From Candidatus Binatia bacterium (GTDB lineage Bacteria > Desulfobacterota > Binatia > UBA9968): a stretch of DNA of 64,000 nt. Under the pieces are notes generated by a model. The model saw nothing but the letters and a program-made list of their open reading frames with translations. It had not been told where the DNA came from and searched no databases. The stretch covers positions 7,002 through 71,001 of the forward strand of contig DASUVS010000031.1 of assembly GCA_036378835.1 (NCBI GenBank), written 5' to 3'. The position numbers were made by a program, and so were the translations under genes. Positions within the stretch are counted from its first letter, which is position 1. Each line of letters opens with the position of its first letter. Shown piece after piece: positions 1 to 10,097 of the stretch.

Positions 1-140
1 CTACCATCAGGAGCTCACCACCTAACCCTCCGGGCCAAAGAACCTAGCAACGATTCTCATCACAGCTCAGACTCTAGCTTGTCTTAGCCACCTTCTTTTG
101 TTAGTGCTGCCGGTGTCCGAAGGATAACGAAAGGTTAACC

Positions 141-1583
141 ATGAAAACTTTAGTTCAAGGCGGATTCGTGGTCGGGTTTAATGGGACACAACACGAGATC
201 ATCAAGGACGGTATCGTTGTCTATGATGGCAGTCGAATCGAATTTGTCGGCAAAGACTACTCTCAAGCTGTAGACAGAAAGATCGACGCCAGAGGCTGCC
301 TGGTTTCACCGGGCTTCATCGACACTCATTTCCATTCGGGGATCAATGCCAGCGATTACATTTTGAACGATTCAACCAAGCTGGATTTTTTTGCCGCCAA
401 TTATCTAGCTCACGGCGGGCCTACCCGTGACGGCGCTCCTTCCGCTCACTTAAAGGATGTCGATGTTGGCCAACGTTTTTCGTTGATCCATCTATTAAAA
501 AGCGGAGTGACGACTACTTTCGAGATCGGCGGTCCGGGCGGAGAGCCGGAGCGGTTCGTCGACATGGTCGACGAGGTCGGCATCCGAACGGCGACAGGCC
601 CGAGCTACAAGAACGTCAGTTTTTTTCACGACCGCGAGGGCCGCTTGGAATACGACTGGGACGAAACTCGCGGCAGCGAAGGGTTAAAAAAAGCGGTACA
701 GTTCGCAAAGCAATTTGACGGGGCTTGCAACGGGCGCATGACCGCTATGTTGTTTCCGGGGCACGTCGACTCCTGCACACCTGGTCTGCTCAAACAAACC
801 AAGAAAGCGGCAAGCGATGCCGGTGTCGGAATCCAGATTCATGCGACGATCAATCTATTTGAATTCCATACGGTGATGCAACGGGAACGCTGCACGCCTA
901 TCGAGTTGCTGCAAAAGATCGGCTTCCTGGATCCGCAGGTTTCTCTTTCCCATTGTATTTTCATCAGCGGCCATAGCTGGCTTGCCTATCCGTATGGCAA
1001 TGATCTCAAGATTATTGCCGATTCCGGCGCTTCGGTCGCTTACAGCCCGCTCAAATACCTGAAGCTAGGTATCACCATGGAGTCCTTCGACCGGTATCTT
1101 AATGCCGGGATCAATATGGGAATTGGAACCGACACTTTCCCCAAGGATATTCTCTCGGATATGCGTTACGCTGCGCTCGCGTCGCGCGTCGCGGATAAGA
1201 GTTTTATGTCGGGCCACCCGCGAGACGTCTTCAATGCGGCGACACTAGGCGGGGCCAAGATGCTCGGCCGCAACGATCTGGGAAGACTGGAAAAAGGGGC
1301 GAAAGCCGATATTGCCATCGTCAATCTGCGCGATCTCACATTTGGAGCGGTGCGCGATCCGATTCGATCGTTGATGGAAAATGCCGTCAGCCGTGATGTG
1401 AGAACCGTCATCGTCGATGGCGAAACACTGGTGGATAATTACAAGTACCTTCGCCTGAATGAGGAGGAGCTGCTCGACAGAGTTCAGGCAAAAGGGGAAC
1501 AAGTCTGGGACAGTGTTCCCAAATGGCATTGGACGGGAAAGAGTATTGATGAAGTAGTGCCGCCGAGCTTTAAAATGAAATAG
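141..1583 (+). CDS. Metal-dependent amidohydrolase (chlorohydrolase/aminohydrolase family)
   Basis: 480-aa ORF. N-terminal 'SPGFIDTHFH' metal-binding HxH motif and overall amidohydrolase-like layout. Confidence 0.8.
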   Translation: MKTLVQGGFVVGFNGTQHEIIKDGIVVYDGSRIEFVGKDYSQAVDRKIDARGCLVSPGFIDTHFHSGINASDYILNDSTKLDFFAANYLAHGGPTRDGAPSAHLKDVDVGQRFSLIHLLKSGVTTTFEIGGPGGEPERFVDMVDEVGIRTATGPSYKNVSFFHDREGRLEYDWDETRGSEGLKKAVQFAKQFDGACNGRMTAMLFPGHVDSCTPGLLKQTKKAASDAGVGIQIHATINLFEFHTVMQRERCTPIELLQKIGFLDPQVSLSHCIFISGHSWLAYPYGNDLKIIADSGASVAYSPLKYLKLGITMESFDRYLNAGINMGIGTDTFPKDILSDMRYAALASRVADKSFMSGHPRDVFNAATLGGAKMLGRNDLGRLEKGAKADIAIVNLRDLTFGAVRDPIRSLMENAVSRDVRTVIVDGETLVDNYKYLRLNEEELLDRVQAKGEQVWDSVPKWHWTGKSIDEVVPPSFKMK

Positions 1584-1842
1584 CCGTTACGAACCCAGCT
1601 AGGCGACCTAGCCAGAACAGATCATCACTTGTACGCGGCAGGAGCTCTGGTCGCCGAAGACCAGCAGCGCATATTGCCCGCTAGACATCGATAATCGTCG
1701 CAGTTTAGCGGTCAAACCTCAATTCTATTTCAAACCCGTTCCACCCAGAATCGCGTGCGCGCTCAGCCTCAGTCAGCTTCGGTTGAAGTATCAATTGAGG
1801 AAAGATATAGGACAGACAACAGTCCAACTGAAGGAGTATATC

Positions 1843-2553
1843 GTGTCCGAATTATCAGAGCTCAAAAAAAAGCTGGCGATGTCATCACGCATGTTGTTTA
1901 ACGCCGGATTAGTCGATTACAGCGGTCACATCAGCGCGCGTATTCCCGGTTCGGATCACCTTGTCATTCTGCCACACCCGGTCAGTCGCGCTACCGTGAA
2001 ACCGGACGATATGGTGATCACGGACTTCGATGGCAAATTGATCGAAGGCAACTACAAAGCGCCCTCGGAGGTTAACATGCACGCGCGCGCCTATAAAGCC
2101 CGTAACGATATCCAAAGCGTCGCTCATCTGCACAATCATATGGTTGCCACCCTAAGCATGGTCGACAAACCGTTCTATCCGGCATCTTCTAATCCCGGCG
2201 CATTTTTTGGCCCGGGGCGCTTGCCTGTTTACATGGATCCAGCGCTGATTCATACGATCGAGCAGGGTGACGCAGTGGCAAAAACGCTGGGGACGGCGGA
2301 CGCTGTCATGCTGCGCGGACATGGCTCGATGGTAGTCGCCCACTCTATCGAATGGGTATTTGCCGGATGTGTGGATTTGGAAGAAGCCGCATCGCGGTTC
2401 TATAAAGCTTCGTTGCTGGGACCCGTCATGATTTACAACGAGGACGAGACCCAAAGGGTCATGAAACAGCGGCGCAAAGACTCGGTGGTTCAGAAAATCT
2501 GGGATCACAATGCTGCTAAGACAGAGCTCGCCGGCCTGATGAACGGGATCTAA
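1843..2553 (+). CDS. Class II aldolase/adducin-domain protein
   Basis: Aldolase_II-like sequence (…GHISARIP…, HLHNH…, MLRGHG). GTG at 1843 follows a GAAGGAG RBS, so I prefer it to the ORF-track start at 1783. Confidence 0.75.
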   Translation: MSELSELKKKLAMSSRMLFNAGLVDYSGHISARIPGSDHLVILPHPVSRATVKPDDMVITDFDGKLIEGNYKAPSEVNMHARAYKARNDIQSVAHLHNHMVATLSMVDKPFYPASSNPGAFFGPGRLPVYMDPALIHTIEQGDAVAKTLGTADAVMLRGHGSMVVAHSIEWVFAGCVDLEEAASRFYKASLLGPVMIYNEDETQRVMKQRRKDSVVQKIWDHNAAKTELAGLMNGI

Positions 2554-2824
2554 ACACCAGTAAGATCGCCGGTTTCGAAGCGCATCGTGGGATTGTGATA
2601 GGGCGGAGCCCGAAGGCCGGATTTATCTTTCTATGCTCCAGATGATGTCGTCCTTCCCCGCCCTTCGAGGTGAATGGGAGCTCAACTGGGCAGTAAATCT
2701 GCTCTTAACTTTACTGGCAGCGCTGCGTTATAGTCCTTGGCGACTTTATGATGATATTTGTTGCGCGGAAGAAACTCGCGTGATATAGCTGGCGATTCAA
2801 TTTCATCCAGGAGTGTTTTCGCAT

Positions 2825-3223
2825 ATGTACGATGATTTTCTTGCAAGAATCCTTGAGCCTGATGTTTTTCTGCCGGCTCAATTCTATGGCACCGGAGGCC
2901 TGTCACGTCAGCTCGACGGTGAGAAACGTTTGATGATTGCTATTTTGAAGGACGCCGTCGAGTGTCTCAATAAGTACCGCGGCGCGCGAAGTAGTTTAGG
3001 AAGCACTCAGTATCAGAATGCCTTGGAATGGGTCCAGGATGAAGGCACCGACTGGCTGTTTTCGTTCAACAACATTTGCGATCTTCTGGGGTTTGATCCC
3101 GACTATCTTCGGAAGGTGCTGATCAAAAAAGAAGCTAGACACGCAAATCCCGTCCGTGGGAAGATCTATTCTTTTCCCATCGGCAGCGGAGCCGGTGGAG
3201 GCTCACCGGCGGCGCGCTCGTAA
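2825..3223 (+). CDS. Hypothetical protein
   Basis: ORF 2813-3223 with an in-frame ATG at 2825 downstream of AGGAG. No motif recognised. Its 3' end overlaps the convergent M48 gene by about 20 nt. Confidence 0.4.
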   Translation: MYDDFLARILEPDVFLPAQFYGTGGLSRQLDGEKRLMIAILKDAVECLNKYRGARSSLGSTQYQNALEWVQDEGTDWLFSFNNICDLLGFDPDYLRKVLIKKEARHANPVRGKIYSFPIGSGAGGGSPAARS

Positions 3224-4702
3224 ATTATTCAGCTCTTCTTTTGCAGTCTGCCCGCGTGCAGAGTTTTCGCCGAGGATCTTGATTGCCTTTTCAAAAGCGG
3301 CCATGGCCCGCTCGTCTTCGTCCTGTAGCAACAAGGACCGAGCCCTATAGTAATAGGCGTCTCCAAGCCGATCTAGGTTCCCGTAGACAATGCCAAGCCG
3401 GGCAGGCGGCTTATCCCATAATGGTGAGAGCTGCTGAGCGTTCAGGTATGCGCCTGCCGCTCCCCGTAAGTCATTTTGTTTTTCAAGTAGCTCTCCGAGA
3501 AACAAATAATTAAGCGGTTCCTTGGGCTCCATGGCGATGGCACGATCAAGTGTAGTACGGGCCGCGCCGAAATCGCCCGACGCGGTGTATAGGCGGCCGA
3601 GATCGCGACACAAACCGGGGTCTTCCGGATTGAGTGCCAGCGCCTTCTCGTAATTCGTCTTCGCTAGTGAAAGCTGGCCCTTTTTATGCTGCGCCAGCGC
3701 TAGAAGATGAAGCGCCATAACTTGTGACGGAGACTGCGCGACCAATTTTTGATATTCGTCGATCACCTTGTCAGTCTCTTGCCGCTCTAACCGAATAAGA
3801 ACCTGTATCTTTTTAAGCTGATCGAGACTTTCGGATTTACTCTGAACATCGCCGAGTGAGCGAATCACCAATTGAACGTTAGCAATCCGTTCCTGGGTTA
3901 CTGGATGCGTCAGCATGTAGGCCGGCACGTCTATCGGATTTAAAGATCGTTCCTGATCTAAGGTCTTGAGAAAGCCAAGCGAACCCGCAGGGTCATAGCC
4001 GGCCGCTGTCATATAGCGCACACCCAAAGTGTCGGCTTCCATCTCCAATTGCCGGCTATATGCGATTTGACGAGTAGCAGAAACGGCTTGGCCAACGACG
4101 CCGGCAGCTTGTGCGCCGGAGCCGCTCCGGGCCAACAGAAGCATTCCCACCAAACTCAAAAGTGAAATCGCATCGGGGCCGGAGTGGCGCGCCATGTGAC
4201 GCCCTTTGACGTGAACAATTTCATGTCCCATGACTCCGGCGATTTCAGACGTGCTTTTCGCCCGTTCGATAAGGCCGGAGTAAAAGAAAACCGAACCCCC
4301 AGGCACCGCAAACGCGTTTAGCTGGGGGTCGGCGATAACAAAGAACCGATACTCGAAAGGTTGCGGGCCCATTACGGAGAGAATCCGTTGGCCGATGCTT
4401 TCGATATACCGTTCAATCTCAGGATTGTTGATGTACGTAAAATGTTTCTTTGCCTCACGCCGAAATTCACGGCTGATCCGTGTCTCCTCATCTTCACTGG
4501 GAGGACCCACACTCGGAAGCGGTGAGCGATAAGAAGCGCAGCCTGTAACGAAGAGGCAAATTACCAACAACCAGGACCACAGCTGCTGGCATCGACGGTA
4601 CCTGCAGGTTTGAATCACTCGAAGAGTATAGTGAGGCGGCGGAGGGGGTTCAACACGTCGTCTCGGCAATGTGAGCAGTTGACGCTGCCGGATGGAGCCC
4701 AT
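3203..4702 (-). CDS. M48-family zinc metalloprotease with C-terminal TPR repeats (BepA/YfgC-like), probable lipoprotein
   Basis: HEIVH zinc motif ('GHEIVHVKGRH'), TPR-like C-terminus, lipobox-like 'LFVTGC'. The true start may be the in-frame GTG at 4618, which would give a normal lipoprotein signal peptide. Confidence 0.8.
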   Translation of the reverse strand: MGSIRQRQLLTLPRRRVEPPPPPHYTLRVIQTCRYRRCQQLWSWLLVICLFVTGCASYRSPLPSVGPPSEDEETRISREFRREAKKHFTYINNPEIERYIESIGQRILSVMGPQPFEYRFFVIADPQLNAFAVPGGSVFFYSGLIERAKSTSEIAGVMGHEIVHVKGRHMARHSGPDAISLLSLVGMLLLARSGSGAQAAGVVGQAVSATRQIAYSRQLEMEADTLGVRYMTAAGYDPAGSLGFLKTLDQERSLNPIDVPAYMLTHPVTQERIANVQLVIRSLGDVQSKSESLDQLKKIQVLIRLERQETDKVIDEYQKLVAQSPSQVMALHLLALAQHKKGQLSLAKTNYEKALALNPEDPGLCRDLGRLYTASGDFGAARTTLDRAIAMEPKEPLNYLFLGELLEKQNDLRGAAGAYLNAQQLSPLWDKPPARLGIVYGNLDRLGDAYYYRARSLLLQDEDERAMAAFEKAIKILGENSARGQTAKEELNNLRARRR

Positions 4703-4733
4703 ATTGTGACACGACCACCACCTCGAGGTATTA

Positions 4734-7193
4734 ATGGCGCATAAATTCGAAGTTCCGGCCGGGAAGCTATCCTGGCATTGCGATCTTTCCTATCTGCCCT
4801 TTACGTGCACGGCCGAGATGACGCCGTTGGAGGATTTTATCGGACAGGATCGGGCAATTCGCGCGATACAATTCGGCCTCGGGGTCAACAAACCGGGCTT
4901 CAATATTTTTGTGACCGGGCTTACTGGAACCGGCAAAACCAGTATCGTCAAAGCCTTTCTCAAAAAAGCAATGGCAGAGCGCGCTCCCGTCGACGCCAAT
5001 GCCGAATCGCCTGCGGACTGGTGCTATGTCTATAACTTTACCGATGCGGATCGTCCGCAGATTATCAAGATGCGCCGGGGCTGGGGTAGGGTCCTGAAGG
5101 CCGACATGGAACAGCTGATTCAATATTTGCAACGGGAAGGCAGAAGGGTGTTTGAAGGGGACGAATTCGCGCGCAATCGCCAGTCACTATTACAAGAGTT
5201 GCAGCAAAAGCAACAAGGCATCATGGAGCCGTTGATGGTCGAGGCCGAGAAAAGCGGCTTCGCACTGCGAATGACTCCGTCCGGGGTCGCGCTGCTGCCG
5301 ATCAAAGAAGGCAAACCGATGCAAGAGGCCGATTACCTCGCGTTGCCGCCTGAACAGAAGAAGGCCCTCGAGGACAAGCGCGGTGAAATCGGCAAGAGAG
5401 TCGAAGAGACTTTGCGCGAAGGAAAGAAAGTAGAACGCGAGATCAACCAAAGGCTTGAAGAACTGGAAAAAAAAGCTGGCGAATATCTAGTGGCGATGCC
5501 GATAGCTGAGATGAGAGAAAAGTATCGTGATAATCTGAAACTGTTACGGTATTTCGACGGCGTGCGCGACCATATCTTAAGCAGTTTGCATCGCTTCAAG
5601 GCAGCCGAGCCTGATTCGGCCGCAGCGCAGTTGCTGCCTCTCCAGATGGCGCAACCGGCAACGGACCCGTTCCTTCCTTATCGGGTGAATGTCATCGTGG
5701 ATAACAGCGCCATTCAAGGTCCGCCGATCATTGTCGAGACCAATCCCAGTTATCACAATCTTTTCGGTGTAGTTGAAAAGAAGCCCGTGGTGGGCGGTTA
5801 CGTGACTGATTTCACGCTCATCAAAGCCGGTTCTATGAGCAAAGCCAACGGCGGCTACATCGTTCTTTATGATCGTGATGTCCTGGCCAACACGGGTGTC
5901 TGGGAAGCGCTGCTGCGGGTTATCAAAAATCGTGAGCTGCGGATCGAGGAGCCGGCAGCCTTTTTTGGTTGGGCGCCGCCCCAGGGAGTAAGGCCGGAGC
6001 CGATCCCTACCGATACCAAAGTCATTATGATCGGCGATCCTCACCTGTACCGCGCTCTGGCCAGCACTGATCCGGATTTCCGTGAGACCTTTAAAGTCAA
6101 GGCGGATTTTGACTTTCAAGTTGACCGTTCGCAACAAAACATCATCGCGTTCGCTTGTTTTATCAGCGACTACTGTAGCCGCGAAGGCTTGCGCCATTTC
6201 GATAGCAGCGGGGCGGCCCGAGTGATCGAGCATTGCTCCCGAATGGTCGAAGATCAGGAAAAGCTCTCTACTCGTTTTAGCGATGTCGTCGACCTGCTAA
6301 TCGAATCGGACTATTGGGCGGGAAGAGAAAAAGCCGAACTCGTATCAGCCAAGCACGTCGAGCAAGCCATCGTTGAGAAGACCTTCCGTTTGAACCTGCT
6401 GGAGAAGCGCCTGCAGGAATTGATTACTGACGGGACGATCCTGGTAGAGGTTCAGGGCTCCGAGATCGGACAAATCAATGGCTTGGCGGTGTACCAGATG
6501 GGCGATTTCAGTTTTGGCAAGCCGTCTCGCATCACGGCGAAAACTTACATGGGGCGAGGCGGCCTCATCAATATCGAACGCGAAGCCAAACTCAGCGGCA
6601 AAAGCCACGATAAAGGAGTTCTGATCCTGAGCGGCTATCTCGGCGGCAAGTATGCTCAGGAAAAGCCCTTATCGCTTTCGGCAAGCATCTGTTTCGAACA
6701 GTCGTATGACGGCGTTGATGGCGACAGCGCTTCCTCCGCCGAGCTCTATGCGATTCTCTCGAGCCTTTCGGGGGTGCCGTTGAAACAGAATATTGCGGTT
6801 ACCGGCTCAGTTAATCAGAACGGGGAAATTCAAGCGATTGGCGGCATTAACCGTAAGATCGAAGGTTTTTACGATGTCTGTCGGGTAAAAGGCCTGACTG
6901 GGGACCAAGGCGTGCTCATGCCGGAATCGAACTTACGCAACTTGATGTTGCGCGCCGACGTTGTCAAAGCAGCGGAAGACGAAAAGTTCCACATCTATGC
7001 GGTGCAATCGATCGACGAAGGCATTGAAGTGCTCACCGGTGTTGCCGCCGGGGCACGCAATACCGCAGGTAAGTTTCCAGCGGGATCGATCAACGCGCTG
7101 GTTGAAGAAAGGCTCACGCACTTCGCCGAACGGCAGCGGCAGATCAACGCAGCCGGAGTTCGACACGATCCTTCGCTAACGACCGAAACCTAA
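4734..7193 (+). CDS. Lon-like ATP-dependent protease (COG1067/LonC-YcbZ type) with coiled-coil insertion
   Basis: Walker A 'GLTGTGKTS', a long charged coiled-coil-like insert, and a C-terminal Lon S16 domain ('DGDSASSAELYAILSSL', 'GGINRKIEGF'). GAGG RBS before the ATG. Confidence 0.85.
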   Translation: MAHKFEVPAGKLSWHCDLSYLPFTCTAEMTPLEDFIGQDRAIRAIQFGLGVNKPGFNIFVTGLTGTGKTSIVKAFLKKAMAERAPVDANAESPADWCYVYNFTDADRPQIIKMRRGWGRVLKADMEQLIQYLQREGRRVFEGDEFARNRQSLLQELQQKQQGIMEPLMVEAEKSGFALRMTPSGVALLPIKEGKPMQEADYLALPPEQKKALEDKRGEIGKRVEETLREGKKVEREINQRLEELEKKAGEYLVAMPIAEMREKYRDNLKLLRYFDGVRDHILSSLHRFKAAEPDSAAAQLLPLQMAQPATDPFLPYRVNVIVDNSAIQGPPIIVETNPSYHNLFGVVEKKPVVGGYVTDFTLIKAGSMSKANGGYIVLYDRDVLANTGVWEALLRVIKNRELRIEEPAAFFGWAPPQGVRPEPIPTDTKVIMIGDPHLYRALASTDPDFRETFKVKADFDFQVDRSQQNIIAFACFISDYCSREGLRHFDSSGAARVIEHCSRMVEDQEKLSTRFSDVVDLLIESDYWAGREKAELVSAKHVEQAIVEKTFRLNLLEKRLQELITDGTILVEVQGSEIGQINGLAVYQMGDFSFGKPSRITAKTYMGRGGLINIEREAKLSGKSHDKGVLILSGYLGGKYAQEKPLSLSASICFEQSYDGVDGDSASSAELYAILSSLSGVPLKQNIAVTGSVNQNGEIQAIGGINRKIEGFYDVCRVKGLTGDQGVLMPESNLRNLMLRADVVKAAEDEKFHIYAVQSIDEGIEVLTGVAAGARNTAGKFPAGSINALVEERLTHFAERQRQINAAGVRHDPSLTTET

Positions 7194-7395
7194 GCGAGCC
7201 TCGAACGTTGTTTGGCGCATGGGTTCGCAGGCAGGAATTCTGAGTTGCGATCACTTCGGGTAACACTAAAAAGTTTAAGGGCCGCAGCCGAAGAGATTGG
7301 TGAACGCGGGTTTCCGTGTTTGCCCTGGAGAATTGATGCAGAAGAAGGCAGCCGGGAACAGCCAATGAGCATTAGCCTTCGTAATGGAGGAAAAA

Positions 7396-8556
7396 ATGGA
7401 TTTTGACTTAACCGATGAGTTAGTTGCGGTACGCGATCTGGCGCGGGAGTTCGCTGAAAAAGAAGTGGCTCCGACAGCCGCCAAGGACGATCGAGAGCAT
7501 GCTTTTAGGGGCGACCTGGTAAAGAAGATGGGTGAGCTCGGATTTTACGGCAGCGTGATTCCGGAAAAATATGGCGGCAACGGCATGGGTTTTCTCGCGA
7601 TGGTGCTGATAACAGAAGAAATTGCTCGCGTCCATAGCGCCATGAGAGTTGCCATCAATATGCAAATCGGTCCAGCGCTCGCGTTGCTGCAGTTTGGTAC
7701 CGAAGAGCAGAAGCAACAATGGATTCCGCCGCTAGTGCAAGGGGAGAGCATCGGTTGCTTTGCCATCACCGAGGCTGACGCCGGATCGGATGTGGCGGCG
7801 ATGCGCACGGCGGCGACACGAGACGGCGATCACTATGTCATCAACGGCACCAAGCTCTGGATTTCGAACGGACCGGTTGCCGATGGCGGCTTGCTCTACG
7901 CCTATACCGATCGTTCGCAAAAACATCGCGGCATGACCGCGTTTTATGCCGATCTGCGCCTGCCGGGCGTGACTCGCAAGCCCCTCGAGACCATGGGCGC
8001 CCATTGTTCACCCCTCGGGGAGCTTACCTTTGAAAATTTCCGCTTGCCTCTAGGTAATCGTCTCGGCGCTGAAGGAGACGGCTTTAAGATCTGCATGTGG
8101 CAGTTAAATCAGACCCGGCTCAACTGCGCCGCCGGCGCGTTGGGTCTCGCCCGCGCCGCCAAAGAAGCCGCCATCAACTATGCGAAAGAGCGCACCCAGT
8201 TCGGCCAGAAGATCGGCGAGTTTCAAATGAACCAGGACCTGATCGCGCAGATGGTGGTGCATGAAGAAGCGGCGCGGCTGCTCGTGTATCGCGCGGCCTG
8301 GCTTGCCGACCAAAAAAAGCCGAACAATCTCGAAACTTCGTTCGGAAAGTACACCGCCGCGGAAGCTGCGGCATTTGCCGCCGATACAGCTATGAAAATT
8401 CTCGGCGCTTACGGCTATTCCACGGAATTTCCTGTCGAGCGTTACTATCGAGATGCCAAGTCGTATCAAATCGTCGAAGGCTCCTCCAACGTGCAGAAAA
8501 TGATCATCGCTCAAGACGCGCTGGGATATCGGCAGGCAAATCGCGGAGCTTCATGA
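7396..8556 (+). CDS. Acyl-CoA dehydrogenase
   Basis: Typical ACAD sequence along its length ('CFAITEADAGSD', 'YQIVEGSSNVQ'). The ATG at 7396 follows GGAGG. Confidence 0.9.
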   Translation: MDFDLTDELVAVRDLAREFAEKEVAPTAAKDDREHAFRGDLVKKMGELGFYGSVIPEKYGGNGMGFLAMVLITEEIARVHSAMRVAINMQIGPALALLQFGTEEQKQQWIPPLVQGESIGCFAITEADAGSDVAAMRTAATRDGDHYVINGTKLWISNGPVADGGLLYAYTDRSQKHRGMTAFYADLRLPGVTRKPLETMGAHCSPLGELTFENFRLPLGNRLGAEGDGFKICMWQLNQTRLNCAAGALGLARAAKEAAINYAKERTQFGQKIGEFQMNQDLIAQMVVHEEAARLLVYRAAWLADQKKPNNLETSFGKYTAAEAAAFAADTAMKILGAYGYSTEFPVERYYRDAKSYQIVEGSSNVQKMIIAQDALGYRQANRGAS

Positions 8557-10071
8557 TTACGCGATCAATCGTTGGATCAGACCCATATCGATACTGTCGC
8601 GCACATGCGCGGCGAGCCGATCGTATTGTTCATCAATCGAGAACGAGCCAATAATCGGCGAGAAATCCTTGCCTTTCTTCTCGGCAAGGTTGCGCAAAAG
8701 GGCCCAACGAAAATCATCGTTGTGAAAAAGCCCGTGAATGTATGTGCCCAGCACATTGCCATCGGGGCTCATGCAGCCTTCGAGATCCGCGCATGGTTGA
8801 GACCCGCGTTGAGTCACTTCGAAAGGGTTAAGCATGCTTGATCCCGTCGTTATCCCCATATGAATCTCGTATCCCCGCACCGTAAAATCTTTTGCTTTGG
8901 CAAACAGACCTCGATCCACCAGCACACGAGCACTGATCTGCCGTGTCGCTTTCACCGTTAGAAAGCGACTGGTCACCGGCAAGAGGGATAAACCCGTGAT
9001 CGTTGGTACCGCCGATTCGATGCCATCGACATCATGGATCGCTAGCCCCAGCATTTGATAGCCGCCGCAAATTCCTATTATCGGTGTGCCTCCTGCGACC
9101 TGCCGGAGAATCTCTCGATCCCGTCCGTTTTCCTTCAAATAAGCTAAATCGCTGACTGTGGTTTTGGTGCCTGGCAATATGATCAAGTTCGGATCGCCAA
9201 GATCATCCGCGGCTTCGACGTAACGCAGGCCAACGCCGGCTTCCCGTTCCAATGGATCGAAGTCGTCGAAATTAGCGATGTGAGGAAGCGCGATCACGGC
9301 GACGTCGATGTCGACTGCGCGTTGTTGTTTCATCGCTCGGCGCTTTTCTACAGGCATGGAATCTTCCTCTGGAATGTAAATATCGTGGTAGTAGGGAATA
9401 ACGCCTGCAACCGGCACGCCGGTTCGATTCTCTAACCAGTCCAACCCAGGCTTTAGCAGTGAGATGTCGCCGCGAAATTTGTTGATGATGAATGCTTTGA
9501 TATGTTCTTTCTCGGATTCTTCGAGCAATTGCATGGTTCCTATTAGGGAGGCGAAAACGCCACCGCGGTCGATGTCCGCGGCGAGAAGCACGGGAGAGTC
9601 GCAATACAGCGCCACTTCCATATTGACCAGATCCCGATCCCGGAGATTGATTTCAGCCGGGCTTCCGGCTCCTTCAATGATAACAACGTCGAAGCGCTCG
9701 CGCAGGCGATCAAGCGATTTGCTGATGGCCGTCCACAAAAAAGACTTGAGCTGGGGAAAATCCGCAGCGGAAACTCTCGTCAGCGGTTTGCCTCCAACGA
9801 TGATCTGCGAGCAATTGTCAGCTTCGGGTTTGAGCAGAACCGGATTCATGTCGATGCTTGCCGGAATCCCAGAGGCCTCGGCTTGCACTGCCTGTGCACG
9901 GCCGATCTCTCCGCCGTCCACGGTAGCAAACGAATTCAGGGACATGTTTTGCGCTTTGAACGGCGCGACCTTTAGTCCTCGTTGTTTGAAAATCCGGCAC
10001 AGCGCGGTGACCAGCACGCTCTTTCCAACAGACGATCCGGTCCCTTGAACCATCAACGTTTTGCCTGTCAT
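8557..10071 (-). CDS. cobQ: Cobyric acid synthase
   Basis: N-terminus 'LMVQGTGSSVGKSVLVTALCR', a C-terminal glutamine amidotransferase domain ('GICGGYQMLG'), and cobalamin gene context. Confidence 0.9.
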   Translation of the reverse strand: MTGKTLMVQGTGSSVGKSVLVTALCRIFKQRGLKVAPFKAQNMSLNSFATVDGGEIGRAQAVQAEASGIPASIDMNPVLLKPEADNCSQIIVGGKPLTRVSAADFPQLKSFLWTAISKSLDRLRERFDVVIIEGAGSPAEINLRDRDLVNMEVALYCDSPVLLAADIDRGGVFASLIGTMQLLEESEKEHIKAFIINKFRGDISLLKPGLDWLENRTGVPVAGVIPYYHDIYIPEEDSMPVEKRRAMKQQRAVDIDVAVIALPHIANFDDFDPLEREAGVGLRYVEAADDLGDPNLIILPGTKTTVSDLAYLKENGRDREILRQVAGGTPIIGICGGYQMLGLAIHDVDGIESAVPTITGLSLLPVTSRFLTVKATRQISARVLVDRGLFAKAKDFTVRGYEIHMGITTGSSMLNPFEVTQRGSQPCADLEGCMSPDGNVLGTYIHGLFHNDDFRWALLRNLAEKKGKDFSPIIGSFSIDEQYDRLAAHVRDSIDMGLIQRLIA

Positions 10072-10097
10072 ATGAGTACCACTGTTCTGCTTTCTAG

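Noticed and set aside
2700-2740. Sigma54 promoter (TGGCAG…TGC) upstream of the hypothetical gene
   Set aside because: The GG-to-GC spacing is about 2 nt short of the -24/-12 consensus.
5577-6233. 218-aa ORF antisense to the Lon-like protease, plus many similar 60-200-aa ORFs inside other genes
   Set aside because: They are all embedded in, or opposite to, well-supported genes. They have no RBS or motif support.
4734-7193. Lon-like protease as a BREX BrxL-type defence component
   Set aside because: There are no other BREX or defence genes nearby (no PglX/PglZ/BrxA-C). The domain layout fits the stand-alone COG1067 Lon-like family.
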